The notes beneath the pieces are model-generated. The model did not search any database. It was not told the DNA's origin and saw only the letters and a list, made by a program, of their open reading frames with translations. This document shows positions 47,049 through 59,189 of a stretch of DNA of 64,000 nt, in pieces. Numbering within the stretch: the first letter of the stretch is position 1; each line of letters opens with the position of its first letter. The DNA comes from Deltaproteobacteria bacterium (GTDB taxonomy: Bacteria > Myxococcota_A > Polyangia > Fen-1088): positions 32,001 to 96,000 of the forward strand of contig JANRKS010000007.1 of assembly GCA_033763315.1 (NCBI GenBank), in the 5' to 3' direction. The position numbers and the translations under genes were made by a program.

Positions 47049-47798
47049 TCAAGCTGCAAGCAAGCCACCATCCACCGGGATCTCGGTACCCGTCACGTAG
47101 GCAGACGCATCAGAGGCCAAGAACAAGGCCACGCGCGCCACCTCTTCGGCGGAACCAAAACGCCGCAGCGGCACCTGCGAAGTCATATGCGCCGAGAATT
47201 GATCCAACGCTTCTTTGGGCATGCCAAGCTTATCGTAGATGGGTGTGGTGATCGGGCCTGGGCTAAGAGCATTCACTCGCACGCCGCGCGGTGCAAGTTC
47301 AACCGCCAGCGAGCGCAAAAGAGCAGACAGTGCGCCCTTGGTGGCTGAATAGACTGACGCGTTCGCGATTCCCTTCGCGTTCACGACGGAGGTGTTCAAC
47401 AGCACAGAAGCGTTCGGGCGCAACAGCGGCAAAACGCTTTGCAGTGTGAAGAGCACCCCCTTGACGTTGGTGTCCATCATGTCGTCGTAAAAAGCCTCGT
47501 CGAAGGCCTCAAGCGGAGCGAACCGGGCGACGCCGGCGTTAAGGAAAACAATGTCCACGCCACCATGGCTTTCGCGAATCGTGTTGGCCAGCTTCGCACC
47601 GTCTGCCACGCTGGCGGCGTTGGCTGCCAGCACGGTGATGCCGGCGGGCAAATCGCGCCGTGCCAGGGCCAAGGTGTCGGGGTTTCGGCCGGTAACGATG
47701 ACACGGGCGCCCTGTTCATGGAACAGCCGGGCCGCCGCTTGGCCGATGCCTGTGGTGCCACCAGTGATCAACGCAACTTTGCCTGCAAGTGTGGACAT
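47049..47798 (-). CDS. Short-chain dehydrogenase/reductase
   Basis: ALITGGTTGIG, NAG, YSATK, VNALSPGPI. Confidence 0.93.
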   Translation of the reverse strand: MSTLAGKVALITGGTTGIGQAAARLFHEQGARVIVTGRNPDTLALARRDLPAGITVLAANAASVADGAKLANTIRESHGGVDIVFLNAGVARFAPLEAFDEAFYDDMMDTNVKGVLFTLQSVLPLLRPNASVLLNTSVVNAKGIANASVYSATKGALSALLRSLAVELAPRGVRVNALSPGPITTPIYDKLGMPKEALDQFSAHMTSQVPLRRFGSAEEVARVALFLASDASAYVTGTEIPVDGGLLAA

Positions 47799-47841
47799 GG
47801 GTCTGTCTCCCTCTTTGACGATTTAGGGGGGGCCAGAACAG

Positions 47842-47863
47842 TTCTGGACCATTCGTTCCAGAA
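47842..47863. promoter_or_regulatory. Putative TetR operator upstream of the SDR gene
   Basis: Inverted repeat TTCTGGA-ccattcgt-TCCAGAA; core TGGACCATTCGTTCCA resembles the site upstream of tetR. Confidence 0.6.
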
Positions 47864-47905
47864 TAGATGCGCGAGCGTCCACGGGGTTTCAAAGAAAAGT
47901 GACGG

Positions 47906-48484
47906 TTACCCCAAAACTGAAAGAGTCAGGTCGGCCACTTGTTCCAAGGTGCGCCTGTCGGAGCCCGACTTGGCAGAGATCTGTAAGCCATTGACCGCGT
48001 TCACAAAGAACTTCGCGAGCGCTTGGGGCACGTGGTGAGCGGCGATCTCACCCTCCCGGCGGGCGCGTTCGAATCGAGCGGTCAAGGCCTTCTCCATAAC
48101 CTCCGTGTTGGCGGCAAACCGCCGTTGCACCCCGCGATCGAGAGGGCAGCGTTCAGCCGCAGCGCTGAGCAGCATGCAGCTACGTGAGGGATCGTCGACG
48201 GTGAACTCGATGATCCGGGCCAACATCTCCCGCAATTGTTTGCGCACGGGCTGATCACCGAGCACGGCTTTTTCAACCTGATCGCCGTATTTTTGAACGT
48301 AACGATCCAGCGCGGCCAAGTACAACGCGTGCTTGTCGCCAAACGTGTCGTACATACTTTGCCGGCCAATGCCCGTGGCATTTATCAGATCGCCGACCGA
48401 CGTCGCTTCATAGCCGCGGGTCCAGAACACCTGCATGGCGGCGTCTAGAGCCTTGTCGCGATCGAACTCCTTGGGCCGGGCCAC
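47906..48484 (-). CDS. TetR/AcrR family regulator (ComR/NemR-like)
   Basis: MARPKEFDRDKALDAAMQVFWTRGYEATS...GIGRQSMYDTFGDKHALY. Confidence 0.93.
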   Translation of the reverse strand: MARPKEFDRDKALDAAMQVFWTRGYEATSVGDLINATGIGRQSMYDTFGDKHALYLAALDRYVQKYGDQVEKAVLGDQPVRKQLREMLARIIEFTVDDPSRSCMLLSAAAERCPLDRGVQRRFAANTEVMEKALTARFERARREGEIAAHHVPQALAKFFVNAVNGLQISAKSGSDRRTLEQVADLTLSVLG

Positions 48485-48503
48485 ACCGCAAGTCTGCCAT
48501 TAA

Positions 48504-48519
48504 TAGAACGGCTGTTCCA
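48504..48519. promoter_or_regulatory. Putative TetR autoregulatory operator
   Basis: TAGAACGGCTGTTCCA, an imperfect palindrome about 20 nt upstream of the tetR start, similar to 47845-47860. Confidence 0.55.
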
Positions 48520-48537
48520 TAATTGGCGGCGGCGTTA

Positions 48538-49116
48538 TCACATCTTCGTGATCGAGCTTAGGTACCAGCGGCCGGTGGGATCGATTATCACCCCGGCGAT
48601 GTCGAAGGGGCCCGTAGAGGGCACGTACGTGATGTTGAGCAGGCGCTTGCCCGCGTCCTCAAACTCGATGACGGTGACGTTGTTCTTCGTGTTGCGGGTG
48701 ATCTTCTTTGCGTGCATGGCCCACGTGAAGACCTGGGCGGCGCCCTTCGTGGAAGCGCTGAAGGTCCCGTTGGCGTTGATGCTGAACGTGTACGGTTGGC
48801 CGTCGTCGAACAAGGTGGCACCAGCGCCCGAAACGTTTGCGGCCTTCGCGGCGTAGTTGCCCGCGATCTCCGCAAACGCCACCGTCGGCTCCACCGAAAC
48901 GGTGGGCTGGGCATCGGCTGGCGGTCCGTCGCCCGCAAGCGGCGTGTCAGTTGTTGCGGCATCCAGTTTGGCTGTGTCCCCCGGGAGAACTCCGACGTCA
49001 GCCGCGGCGTCGACGGCGGCGTCCGAAAGTCCACCGCCTGTGTCTGCTCCACAAGCCATCAGACCCAAGGCCAGAAGAAGACAACCAGGCGAAGCGTGTA
49101 AGTGTCGGCGTGACAT
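48538..49116 (-). CDS. Hypothetical lipoprotein
   Basis: Lipobox LMA-C, Asp/Ala-rich linker, small beta-rich C-terminal domain. Confidence 0.65.
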   Translation of the reverse strand: MSRRHLHASPGCLLLALGLMACGADTGGGLSDAAVDAAADVGVLPGDTAKLDAATTDTPLAGDGPPADAQPTVSVEPTVAFAEIAGNYAAKAANVSGAGATLFDDGQPYTFSINANGTFSASTKGAAQVFTWAMHAKKITRNTKNNVTVIEFEDAGKRLLNITYVPSTGPFDIAGVIIDPTGRWYLSSITKM

Positions 49117-49360
49117 GCGGTCTCCCAAGGTGAGGCGGCGAAAAGGTCCGTGCCCCTCTTCGGCAGCTTGGCGTGCGGCATTGAGCGGCAGCCTGCGTGT
49201 GCGACGAGTCGTCCAGACACGCTGACTATGCCACCGATTTGCATGCGAGCCGTATCGGCCGACGGCGTGAATCGTTTGATCGATAACGCAATCGGTGCGC
49301 GGCGTCTTTCAAGAGGAATGTCGCTTATGCCGATGGTTCGTTGTCCACCTTTTGGAGGAA

Positions 49361-50566
49361 ATGATGAAATCCGCCGCCCTCGTTCAACGCTTCTGTTTGT
49401 TCGCTCTCATAGGGTTTTCAGGGGGCCATATGGCCAGCTGTTCGACGAGCGCGTCGGGGGTGGCCACCGAAGACGGAACGGACGCCAGCGGATTGGCGGG
49501 CGGCGCGTCGGGTGGCAACGGTGATGGAGCAGCGAACAACGGCGGCACAGGAGCGGGCGTGGGCACAGACGGCGATGGCGGCGTCGTTGATCCAACCGGA
49601 GACGGCGGCACCATAGACCCAACCATTGATGCGCCCGTGAACATGGGTGGCGGCACGGGCGCCGGCGGTTCGGGCGGAGGCGGATCTGCCACGGGTGGCG
49701 CCAATGGCGGCGGCGGCACAGGCGCCGGAACAGGTGGCGCGGGCGGCACATTCAAATGCACACCGGGGTCGAGCCAATGCACCGATTGCATCGACAACGA
49801 CAAGGATGGCCTCACCGACGCGTGGGATCACGAGTGCACCGGCCCCTTGGACAATGACGAAGCCACGTTCGGCACCGGCATTCCTGGCGACAACCAAGAC
49901 GACCTCAAGTCGTGCAAGCAAGACTGCTTCTTTGATGGCAACTCGGGTTCGGGCGGCGGCGATTGTCAGAACAACTTGCGCTGTGATCCCTTGCGAACCG
50001 GGGCTGCATGCACCTACGACGCCAATGCCAACTGCCCGACGGTGGGCGATCAGCAAGGTTCAAGCTGCGTGAACATCTGCAAAAAGCTGACGCCGAACGG
50101 GTGTGACTGCTTTGGCTGCTGCCAAGTGCCAGGCGCCGCGCACGGCGTTCGGCTGTCTGATACGTGCACGGCGGCCAACGTGAATGATCCGACGAAGTGC
50201 GAACCCTGCACCGTCTCCACGGTGTGCAACAACACGTGCGGCGAATGCGAGTTGTGCTTCGGCAAAGATAGCTTGCCGCCTTCATGCTTCCCTAACATGT
50301 CGGGCACAGGTGGCGCGTCGGGAAGTGGTGGGGCATCGGGAAGTGGTGGTGGATCTGGCAGCGGTGGGGCTTCGGGCAGCGGTGGCGGCGCTGGAACAGG
50401 CGGCGCCGCGGGTACCGGCGGTAGCTCGGGCACGGGTGGCACATACGTTCCGCCGCCCTCATGCCCCACGGGCATCACACCCTGTGGCCCGGGCGGTGTT
50501 TCGCCGGAACAATGCCCAGCAAACACGTATTGCATCACGGGTTGCTGCATCGGCTTCGTGAACTAA
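49361..50566 (+). CDS. Gly-rich/Cys-rich secreted lipoprotein, unknown function
   Basis: GGAGG RBS, lipobox-like MAS-C, two Gly linkers, Cys-rich domain with CIDNDKDGLTD and TPNGCDCFGCC. Confidence 0.75.
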   Translation: MMKSAALVQRFCLFALIGFSGGHMASCSTSASGVATEDGTDASGLAGGASGGNGDGAANNGGTGAGVGTDGDGGVVDPTGDGGTIDPTIDAPVNMGGGTGAGGSGGGGSATGGANGGGGTGAGTGGAGGTFKCTPGSSQCTDCIDNDKDGLTDAWDHECTGPLDNDEATFGTGIPGDNQDDLKSCKQDCFFDGNSGSGGGDCQNNLRCDPLRTGAACTYDANANCPTVGDQQGSSCVNICKKLTPNGCDCFGCCQVPGAAHGVRLSDTCTAANVNDPTKCEPCTVSTVCNNTCGECELCFGKDSLPPSCFPNMSGTGGASGSGGASGSGGGSGSGGASGSGGGAGTGGAAGTGGSSGTGGTYVPPPSCPTGITPCGPGGVSPEQCPANTYCITGCCIGFVN

Positions 50567-50617
50567 GGCACCGAGGCGTACGAAAGCCAGGGGCGGTCGC
50601 TGTGGACGCCCAAGGTT

Positions 50618-50647
50618 AAGGGGATGGGAGTGAATCCATCCCCTTTT
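50618..50647 (+). terminator. Intrinsic terminator
   Basis: AAGGGGATGG-gagtgaat-CCATCCCCTT followed by TT and more T, about 50 nt after the stop at 50566. Confidence 0.65.
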
Positions 50648-50804
50648 GCTTTGCCAGGCTCGGCCAGGCTCTACCCCCTGGCCATGCGCCCCCTCTAAAC
50701 GCGCGCCGTTTACCAGCGTGAAGCGCGTGTCCAGCCCATTGAGACGGCAATCGCTTGAGCGGAAGCCCAGGCTGCACAGGCGGCTCCCGCCAATGTCGCC
50801 AAAT

Positions 50805-50920
50805 GCGAGGTCCCGCCATCGGCAGATGGCTCGCTTGTTCCGTACCAAAGAGGCGCCCCCGCCATCGGCAGGCGCCTCGTTTTTCCGCATCTAGCGGTCC
50901 CCACCATCAGCAGGGGCGCT
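50805..50920 (-). repeat. Three tandem hairpins sharing a CTGCYGATGGYGGG core
   Basis: Plus-strand CCCGCCATCGGCAG at 50812 and 50858, CCCACCATCAGCAG at 50900, each inside a different outer stem. Confidence 0.65.
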
Positions 50921-50931
50921 TTTCTTGGCAC

Positions 50932-53900
50932 CTACTTGCGCTTCGACCGGCGCCGCGCGCCCACGAACAACAAGGCGAAGAACACGCTCAGCCACGCCCC
51001 CGCTTGGGCCCCCTGGGCGCCACGTGAAGCCACGCTGCAGCCACCGCCCGCGATTGAGTAGCGTTTGCTGAAGTCGCATTGACCAATCTCAACGCCTGTG
51101 GAAGTGCACACAACTTGACCAGGGCACGTGTTGCCACCGCTGCCACGGCAACCGGGCACGCAAGCGCCCGCGTTCATGTCACACACCCAACCGCTGTTGG
51201 CGGCGCCGCACATCGCGTCCGTTGTGCAGGCCGGTGACGCAGGCATCATCTCCGGCGGCATCATGACGGGAGGCTCTTTGACGTCAGGGTTGCGCTCCCC
51301 CATGTCGACCGCGCCGTTGTGATTCATGTCTTCGGTGCCATCAGGCATGCCGTCGCCGTCGCTGTCGGGCTTCAGGGGATCTGTTTTTGTCGCAGGATCA
51401 GCGTCAGGCTCGAAGTTCCCCGCGTCCACGTTTGTGCCTGGGGGCGGCGTGACCACACCACTTTCGGTGCCGTCCTTGATGCCGTCGTTGTCGCTGTCGG
51501 GATCGAGCACATTGATCACGCCATCGCCATCGCTGTCCACGAAGGGCATCGGCTCTTTGCCGTCGATGACGCCGTCGTCGTCGCTGTCGGCATCAAGAGG
51601 CTTGCTGCCACCTGCCATTTCTTGCGCGTCGGTCAGTCCGTCGCCATCGCTGTCTTTATTGGGGTCAACCACGTCTGGAACCACCACCACAACAGCCGCA
51701 GACGGATCGCTTGACAACACAGCGTTGCCATCGGGCATCTTCGCTTCCGCCACCAGAGTGTGCATGCCGGGAGCCAAGGCCATCGGCAAGGGGAAGCTGA
51801 ACATACCTGTGCCATCGGCGGTGGTCATGCCCACAGGTGTGCCGTCGACGATGATGGTCACCGTGCTTCCGGGCGCGGCCGTGCCCTTGACCGTGACCGC
51901 AGCGCCATCAACGCCGCTGCTATTGACGGGCGAACTGATGGTTGGTGCCGCAATGTCGCAAGCGAGATCCTGGCAGGTGGCACCCGCGGGGCATTGTGAA
52001 GTGAGCAGACAACGCACGCATGTCCGCAGATCCGTATTGCAAGCCGCTGTGGGGCCAGCGCAGTCAGTGTTGCCCAAGCATCCCGAAACAAGGTTGAAAG
52101 CCACGGACGCACTGGGTGAACTTGTCACTTTGGCCGCATCGGCCCCAAACGAAGCCGTAGCCACCGCTGCGTGATCCCCCACGGTGAGATCGGCCGAAGG
52201 CGTGACCGTCCAATTCCCAGCGCCGTCGGTGGTGGCGACAAGATCGATGGTGCCGTCGATCGATACGTTCACCGTTGATCCTGCGGGGGCCGTGCCGCTA
52301 AACACAGGTCGCAACAGGTTCGTGGTCAAGCCCGCTACAGGGCTGGTGATCGTGGGCGACGCCAAAGCGCACGCATTTGCGACACAAGTGGCGCCCGATG
52401 TGCAATCGGTGTTTGCAAGACACGAAACACACACGCCGCTGTCAAGCTTGCACAGGCGTCCCGAACTGCAATCAGAGTTGACCAAGCAACCACCTGTGAG
52501 CTCGAACGTCACGGGTGCGCTCTGCGGGCTCAACACCTGCGCCGCCCCCGCACCCACCGCCGACTGCGCGGTGACGGTCTGGTTGCCCACGTTCAACACG
52601 ACATTCGAAACAAAAGACCACACGCCATTGTTATCGGCGACGCCGGTGCCCACCACCGTGGCGCCCAAGAACACCGTGACCGTAGCGCCTGGGGTGGCCG
52701 TGCCCTTAAACGTGGGCGTTCCGTTGTTGGTAACGCTGCCACCAATGGGACCCGTGACGACGGGCGCAGCCAACGCGCAAATGTTGGCTGAACACGTGGC
52801 GCCATCAGGGCAGTCGGCATTCGCCAAGCAGCGCAAGCAAACATTCGAGCCGGTGTCGCACACCGGGGCGCCGTCGGGGCATTGCGTGTTGAGCAAGCAA
52901 CCGTTGATAATGGTGAATTGCCGTTGCACGCTCTCTTGGCTGGTGGAAGCCAGAGGATCCACGCCCACCGTGGCGGTGGCCTTGGCTGTGTGCGAGCCCA
53001 ACGAAAGATCGGCCGCGGGTGTGAATGAAAACGCGCCGGCGCCGTCGGCGATCGTAAATCCGCTTAGCACATCATCGATGTACACATTCACCTTCGCGCC
53101 CGGCACCGCCGTGCCCCCAATCTCAGGGCGTAGGCTTCGTGTCTTTTCAGCGGCACTTGGCGACGTAATGACAGGCACCGCCGTGATGCACGTGAACGAA
53201 CCGTCGCAGGTAGATCCACTTGGGCACTGCGCGGTGTCTGTGCAACGAACGCATTGATGCGTGGACGGCAAACAATTGGGTGTGGCACCACTGCAATCGG
53301 TATTGCCAAGACACTGCACGCAAACGTGCGTCACGGTTTCGCACAACGCCGAGGGCGCCACGCAGTCGCCATTGCCCAAACAACCGAGAATCAGCGTGGC
53401 TGTCTTCACTGTGGAGGAAGCTGTCACAGCCAGAACGTCCGCGCCGGTCGAAGACTGCGCCGCGAATGTGTGCACGCCCGTGGTGAGCGGCGAAGGAACG
53501 TCGAACGTCCACGTTCCTTGTGCGGTGACCGTTGCGGTGCCCACGCTCGCGCCGTCAACGAGCACCGACAAGGTCGTGCCGACGGCCGCCGTGCCCGTGA
53601 CCGTGGGCGTGGAATCATTAATGGTCGAACCATCAACGGGGCCTGTGACGGTGGGCTCAGCCAACGCGCACGCATTGCCAAAGCACGTGGCACCCGCGGG
53701 GCAATCGTTGTCTGCCAAGCAGCGCACGCAAGCGTTGTCGCTCGTGCGGCATTTGGGCGAAGCGCCGCCACAATCGGCGTTGATTAAACAACCCGTGATA
53801 AGCGAAAAGCTCACCGTGCTGCTGGCTGGGCTTGCGACTTCAAGCAAGGCCGCGCCCAGCTTGGCAACCGCATAGACCGAATGCGCGCCGGTGGCCAAGG

Positions 53901-55355
53901 CCATGGGCACGGGCAAGGCGAAGGCGCCTACGTTGCTGGCTGCCACAGTGCCGATAAGCCCGCCATCTAAGTACACGGAGACGGACGCATTGGCGACCGC
54001 ACTGCCACTAATCGTGGGTGTGGTGACGTTAAGCGTGCTGCCGTTCACAGGCGCTGCGATCACCGGAGCGGGAACCACGCAGGCATTCGAGACGCACGTG
54101 GCGCCCGTGGGGCAGTTGGCGTCGATCAAACAACGCGCACACGCACCTGTGCCAACGATGCAGTAAGGCGACGAGCCACTGCAATCGGTGTTAAGCAAAC
54201 ATCCGGAGCTCACGGTGAACGTGTTCACAACGCTCGATGCGCTTGTCACCGCCAAGCCCCCTGATCCTACGCTGGCCGTCGCCGCCACCGTGTGGCTGCC
54301 CAGCGCCAAAGCCATGTTCAACGTGAAAGTCCACGCGCCCCCCGCCGTTGCGGTGGTGGTGCCCACAGTCGCGCCATCGATCTTGACGGTGACGGTGCTA
54401 TTGGCCACCGCCGTGCCTGCGAGTGGTGGCGATGTCAGATTTGTTTGCGAGCCGTTGGCCGGTGTGACCACGGCTGGCGCGGTTAAGACGCAGCTATTCG
54501 ACGAACAGGACGCACCGGTGGGGCAATCGCTGGCCGAGGTGCAGCGCACACATGTGCCCGACGTGGCGTTGCAGGCGGGCGTGTTGCCTGAACAAGCCGT
54601 GCACGAAGCACCGCAGGCGGCCGCGACTGAACACGACGTGCAGCTGCTGGCGCTGCAAACAACGGGTTCACTGGCCACGTCGCTAAATACGAAACCCGAG
54701 CCGTTGACCCCCGCGGGATCCGCATCAATCTGATGAGCGTTGTTTGAGGTGCCACAGGCCATACGCAGGACGGTTGAAGCCGCAATCGCTGGCGCACCGC
54801 TGCCCCCCGATCGGATGATCGACAGCGGAATATACCAATCGAGAAAGTAGTCCGTGTTGCCACCAAACGTTGTATTCGCGGTAAGCGCACGCGCATGAGT
54901 TGTGGCAGCGTAGCCTCCGACGGTGACTTCGGAGCTATCGTTTAAAGCGCCCCCACCGGCATACACCTGGTTCCAGCGATACTGGACTTCGTCGGGGTTA
55001 TTTATGCCATCGACGACACTCATGAACTCGTATCCGTTGGTGTTGCCGTCGGTATCAATCACGCAGCCCCAACCGAAGGGTTTGAAAGTTCCATCGTTCT
55101 TGCGCACGTCGCCGTCGATGCGCAAACGAAAGAACAAATTCGTCGCGTCCTGGTACACATAAGACACGGGATTTGTGCCATCGCCCACCAAATCGCGTTC
55201 CCCTGAACCGCCTTGCGCGTCGCCAAGCACGTCACCAATCGCGGCGCCACTTTTCTTGAGCGACAACCACTGAGCGTCTGTGGGCCACGTTTGCGCCGCC
55301 GCCGTGGAAGCGAACAGCAAAGTGAAGGCCGACGCTACTGCAATAAGGAGGTTCT

Positions 55356-55359
<4 letters not shown>
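50932..55359 (-). CDS. Large surface adhesin-like protein: N-terminal domain, 7 alternating Cys-rich/Ig-like units, DxDxDG repeats, MYXO-CTERM
   Basis: Signal peptide; seven Ig-like units (P.I..P..G...GTA..G.TV.V..DG) separated by CL.N.DC blocks; DSDGDG/DSDDDG repeats; C-terminal GGGCSVA-TM-RRRSKRK. Confidence 0.85.
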
Positions 55360-57170
<1,811 letters not shown>

Positions 57171-57222
57171 CTGCGGTTTGACGCGGTTTCTTAAGGTGTC
57201 AAAGACGAACCGATTCAGGCGC

Positions 57223-57714
57223 TTAGGGCACGCAAAAACTTCGCGGCAGATGGAAGCGAAAGGCGAAGCGGCCCATCATGATCATGTCGCCCGCGACGAG
57301 CTTATGCGCTTGGCCTGGGACCAAGCGGCTCCCGTTGACTTCGGTCCCGTTGGTTGACCCCACATCTCGCAAACTGATGTGCCCCGCTTCCAGCAAGAAC
57401 TCACAGTGCCGCTTGGAGATCGAATATTCAGGGATTGCCACGTCGTTTTGCGCGTCTCGACCGACCGTCACGTTGGTACCGCCCCGGCCGTTTGTTGCTA
57501 GGAAGAAGACGCGACCAACAAGGGAGTTCACCTCCAAAACGTCGGCGTTTGGCACAGCCACGGTGGTGGCCTCAGCACTCACATGTGCATCCAACTGCCC
57601 CGCCAAACCGAGGAACACCAAAAAGGGATCGGGATAAAGCTTTTCGTAAGACGCACGTCCTTGCTTCTTCAGTGTCTCTTTGAGTTGGCTCTCGTAAACC
57701 CGCTGGCTGGCCAT
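57223..57714 (-). CDS. FHA domain protein
   Basis: VTVGRDAQNDV, ISKRHC, DVGSTNGT. Confidence 0.88.
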   Translation of the reverse strand: MASQRVYESQLKETLKKQGRASYEKLYPDPFLVFLGLAGQLDAHVSAEATTVAVPNADVLEVNSLVGRVFFLATNGRGGTNVTVGRDAQNDVAIPEYSISKRHCEFLLEAGHISLRDVGSTNGTEVNGSRLVPGQAHKLVAGDMIMMGRFAFRFHLPRSFCVP

Positions 57715-57787
57715 GAGATCTGTTCCTGCCCGTGATTGACATCGGCAGGTTCTGCCGAGACCTAACCGCGGCGCCTGCCCCGTTGCG

Positions 57788-57803
57788 TGGCACGGGCTTG
57801 GCA
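57788..57803 (+). promoter_or_regulatory. Candidate sigma54 -24/-12 promoter
   Basis: TGGCACGGGCTTGGCA: GG and GC correctly spaced, one mismatch to TGGCACG-N4-TTGCA. Confidence 0.35.
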
Positions 57804-57815
57804 GTAACGAGGCAC

Positions 57816-59189
57816 ATGCAACTTATTTTCGATCGGGGGACGCTTGTGCTGCGGGCGGTGCCCTCAGAGCTTGATGTGGGCGCCCTGCCTGGGGTTTGTT
57901 GGGACGAACGGGTGCAACTGTGGCGCGCGCCCGGCCGAGTCGCGTATTCACTGATGGCGGCGCTCAAACGCCGCGGTGTCCACGTGACGGACGGTGTTCG
58001 TCCAAAACTTGCACCACCATCCGCGTTCCGGACAATCAGCCTGCGCGACTACCAAAGCGCGGCCCTGCACGCTTGGCGTTCAGCTGGCCGTCGAGGTGTG
58101 CTGGCCCTGCCCACGGGCGCGGGCAAAACACACATCGCTTTGGCGGTCATGGCGGCAACCGCCGCTCCCGCTTTGTGTTTGGTACCCACGCGGGCGTTGC
58201 TCGGCCAATGGATGACAGCCATTCGTGAGGTCTACGGGGGTCCCGTGGGTTGTTTGGGCGATGGTGAACATCACCTTCAACCTGTCACCGTGGCCACCTT
58301 CGCCAGCGCGCACCGCCACATGCAGTCGGTTGGCGACAAATTCGGTTTGCTCGTGGTCGACGAGGCGCACCACTTCGGCAACAGCCGGTTTGACGAAGCG
58401 CTGCAGATGTCAATCGCACCCCTGCGCTTGGGTTTGACGGCGACACCACCGCAAGATGTTGAAGCGATGGATGCCTTGGCAAGGCTTGTGGGGCCTGTGG
58501 TGTTTGAGGTGGCCGTGGCCGATCTGCTGGGCACAAGCCTCGCGCCCTTCGAACGGATCACGTTGCGGCTGTGGCTTGATCCCGACGAGCAAACGGCGCT
58601 GGATGATCTGAGCCAGATTTACCGCCAGGCGTTTGCCACGTTCCAGGCGACGCACCCCCGCGGCGAATGGAAAGACTTCGTGGCCATGGCAGGGCACACC
58701 GACGAGGGTCGTCGCGCTTTGGCGGCGTGGCGGCGCACACGACGTTTGCTGGCGTTTCCGCGGTGCAAACAGCGCGCGCTGGCCAGCTTGCTGGCGCAGG
58801 CCAGAGACCGGCGAACGCTGGTGTTTGTGGGCGACAACGAGACAGCGTATGCGGTGGCGCGCGAACATTTGATCATGCCTTTGACGTGCGACATCGGACG
58901 CACCGAACGCGAGGATGTGTTGCAACGCTTTCGTGATGGGCGTTTACGGGCCCTTGTGTCAGCGCAAGTGTTAAACGAAGGGCTCGACGTTCCCGACGCC
59001 GATGTGGGCATCGTGGTCGCGGGGCGCTGCGGGACGCGCGAGCACACGCAACGTGTGGGGCGTTTGCTGCGGCCTCGACCGGGCAAACACGCTCGTGTGT
59101 ATGAACTTGTGGTGCAGCGGTCCAACGAAGTCCGCCAAGCCAACTTGCGATGGAGCCGCCTTGTTACCCGAAGCCGATCTGCCGCTTAG
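57816..59189 (+). CDS. XPB/Rad25-like SF2 DEAH helicase
   Basis: LRDYQ, LPTGAGKT, VVDEAHH, GLTATP, LNEGLDVP, TQRVGRLLR. Start at ATG 57816. Confidence 0.9.
   Translation: MQLIFDRGTLVLRAVPSELDVGALPGVCWDERVQLWRAPGRVAYSLMAALKRRGVHVTDGVRPKLAPPSAFRTISLRDYQSAALHAWRSAGRRGVLALPTGAGKTHIALAVMAATAAPALCLVPTRALLGQWMTAIREVYGGPVGCLGDGEHHLQPVTVATFASAHRHMQSVGDKFGLLVVDEAHHFGNSRFDEALQMSIAPLRLGLTATPPQDVEAMDALARLVGPVVFEVAVADLLGTSLAPFERITLRLWLDPDEQTALDDLSQIYRQAFATFQATHPRGEWKDFVAMAGHTDEGRRALAAWRRTRRLLAFPRCKQRALASLLAQARDRRTLVFVGDNETAYAVAREHLIMPLTCDIGRTEREDVLQRFRDGRLRALVSAQVLNEGLDVPDADVGIVVAGRCGTREHTQRVGRLLRPRPGKHARVYELVVQRSNEVRQANLRWSRLVTRSRSAA

Noticed and set aside
50300-50440. 18-bp periodic repeats
   Set aside because: They encode the GGASGS linker in frame; no unique spacers, so not CRISPR.
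50760-50800. ZTP riboswitch-like fragments (UGGCG...GCCUGGGC on minus strand)
   Set aside because: Stem architecture does not match, and it lies between convergent genes with nothing to regulate.
51326-54733. Long plus-strand ORFs opposite the adhesin (e.g. 52184-53257)
   Set aside because: Antisense shadows typical of GC-rich repetitive genes; no motifs of their own.
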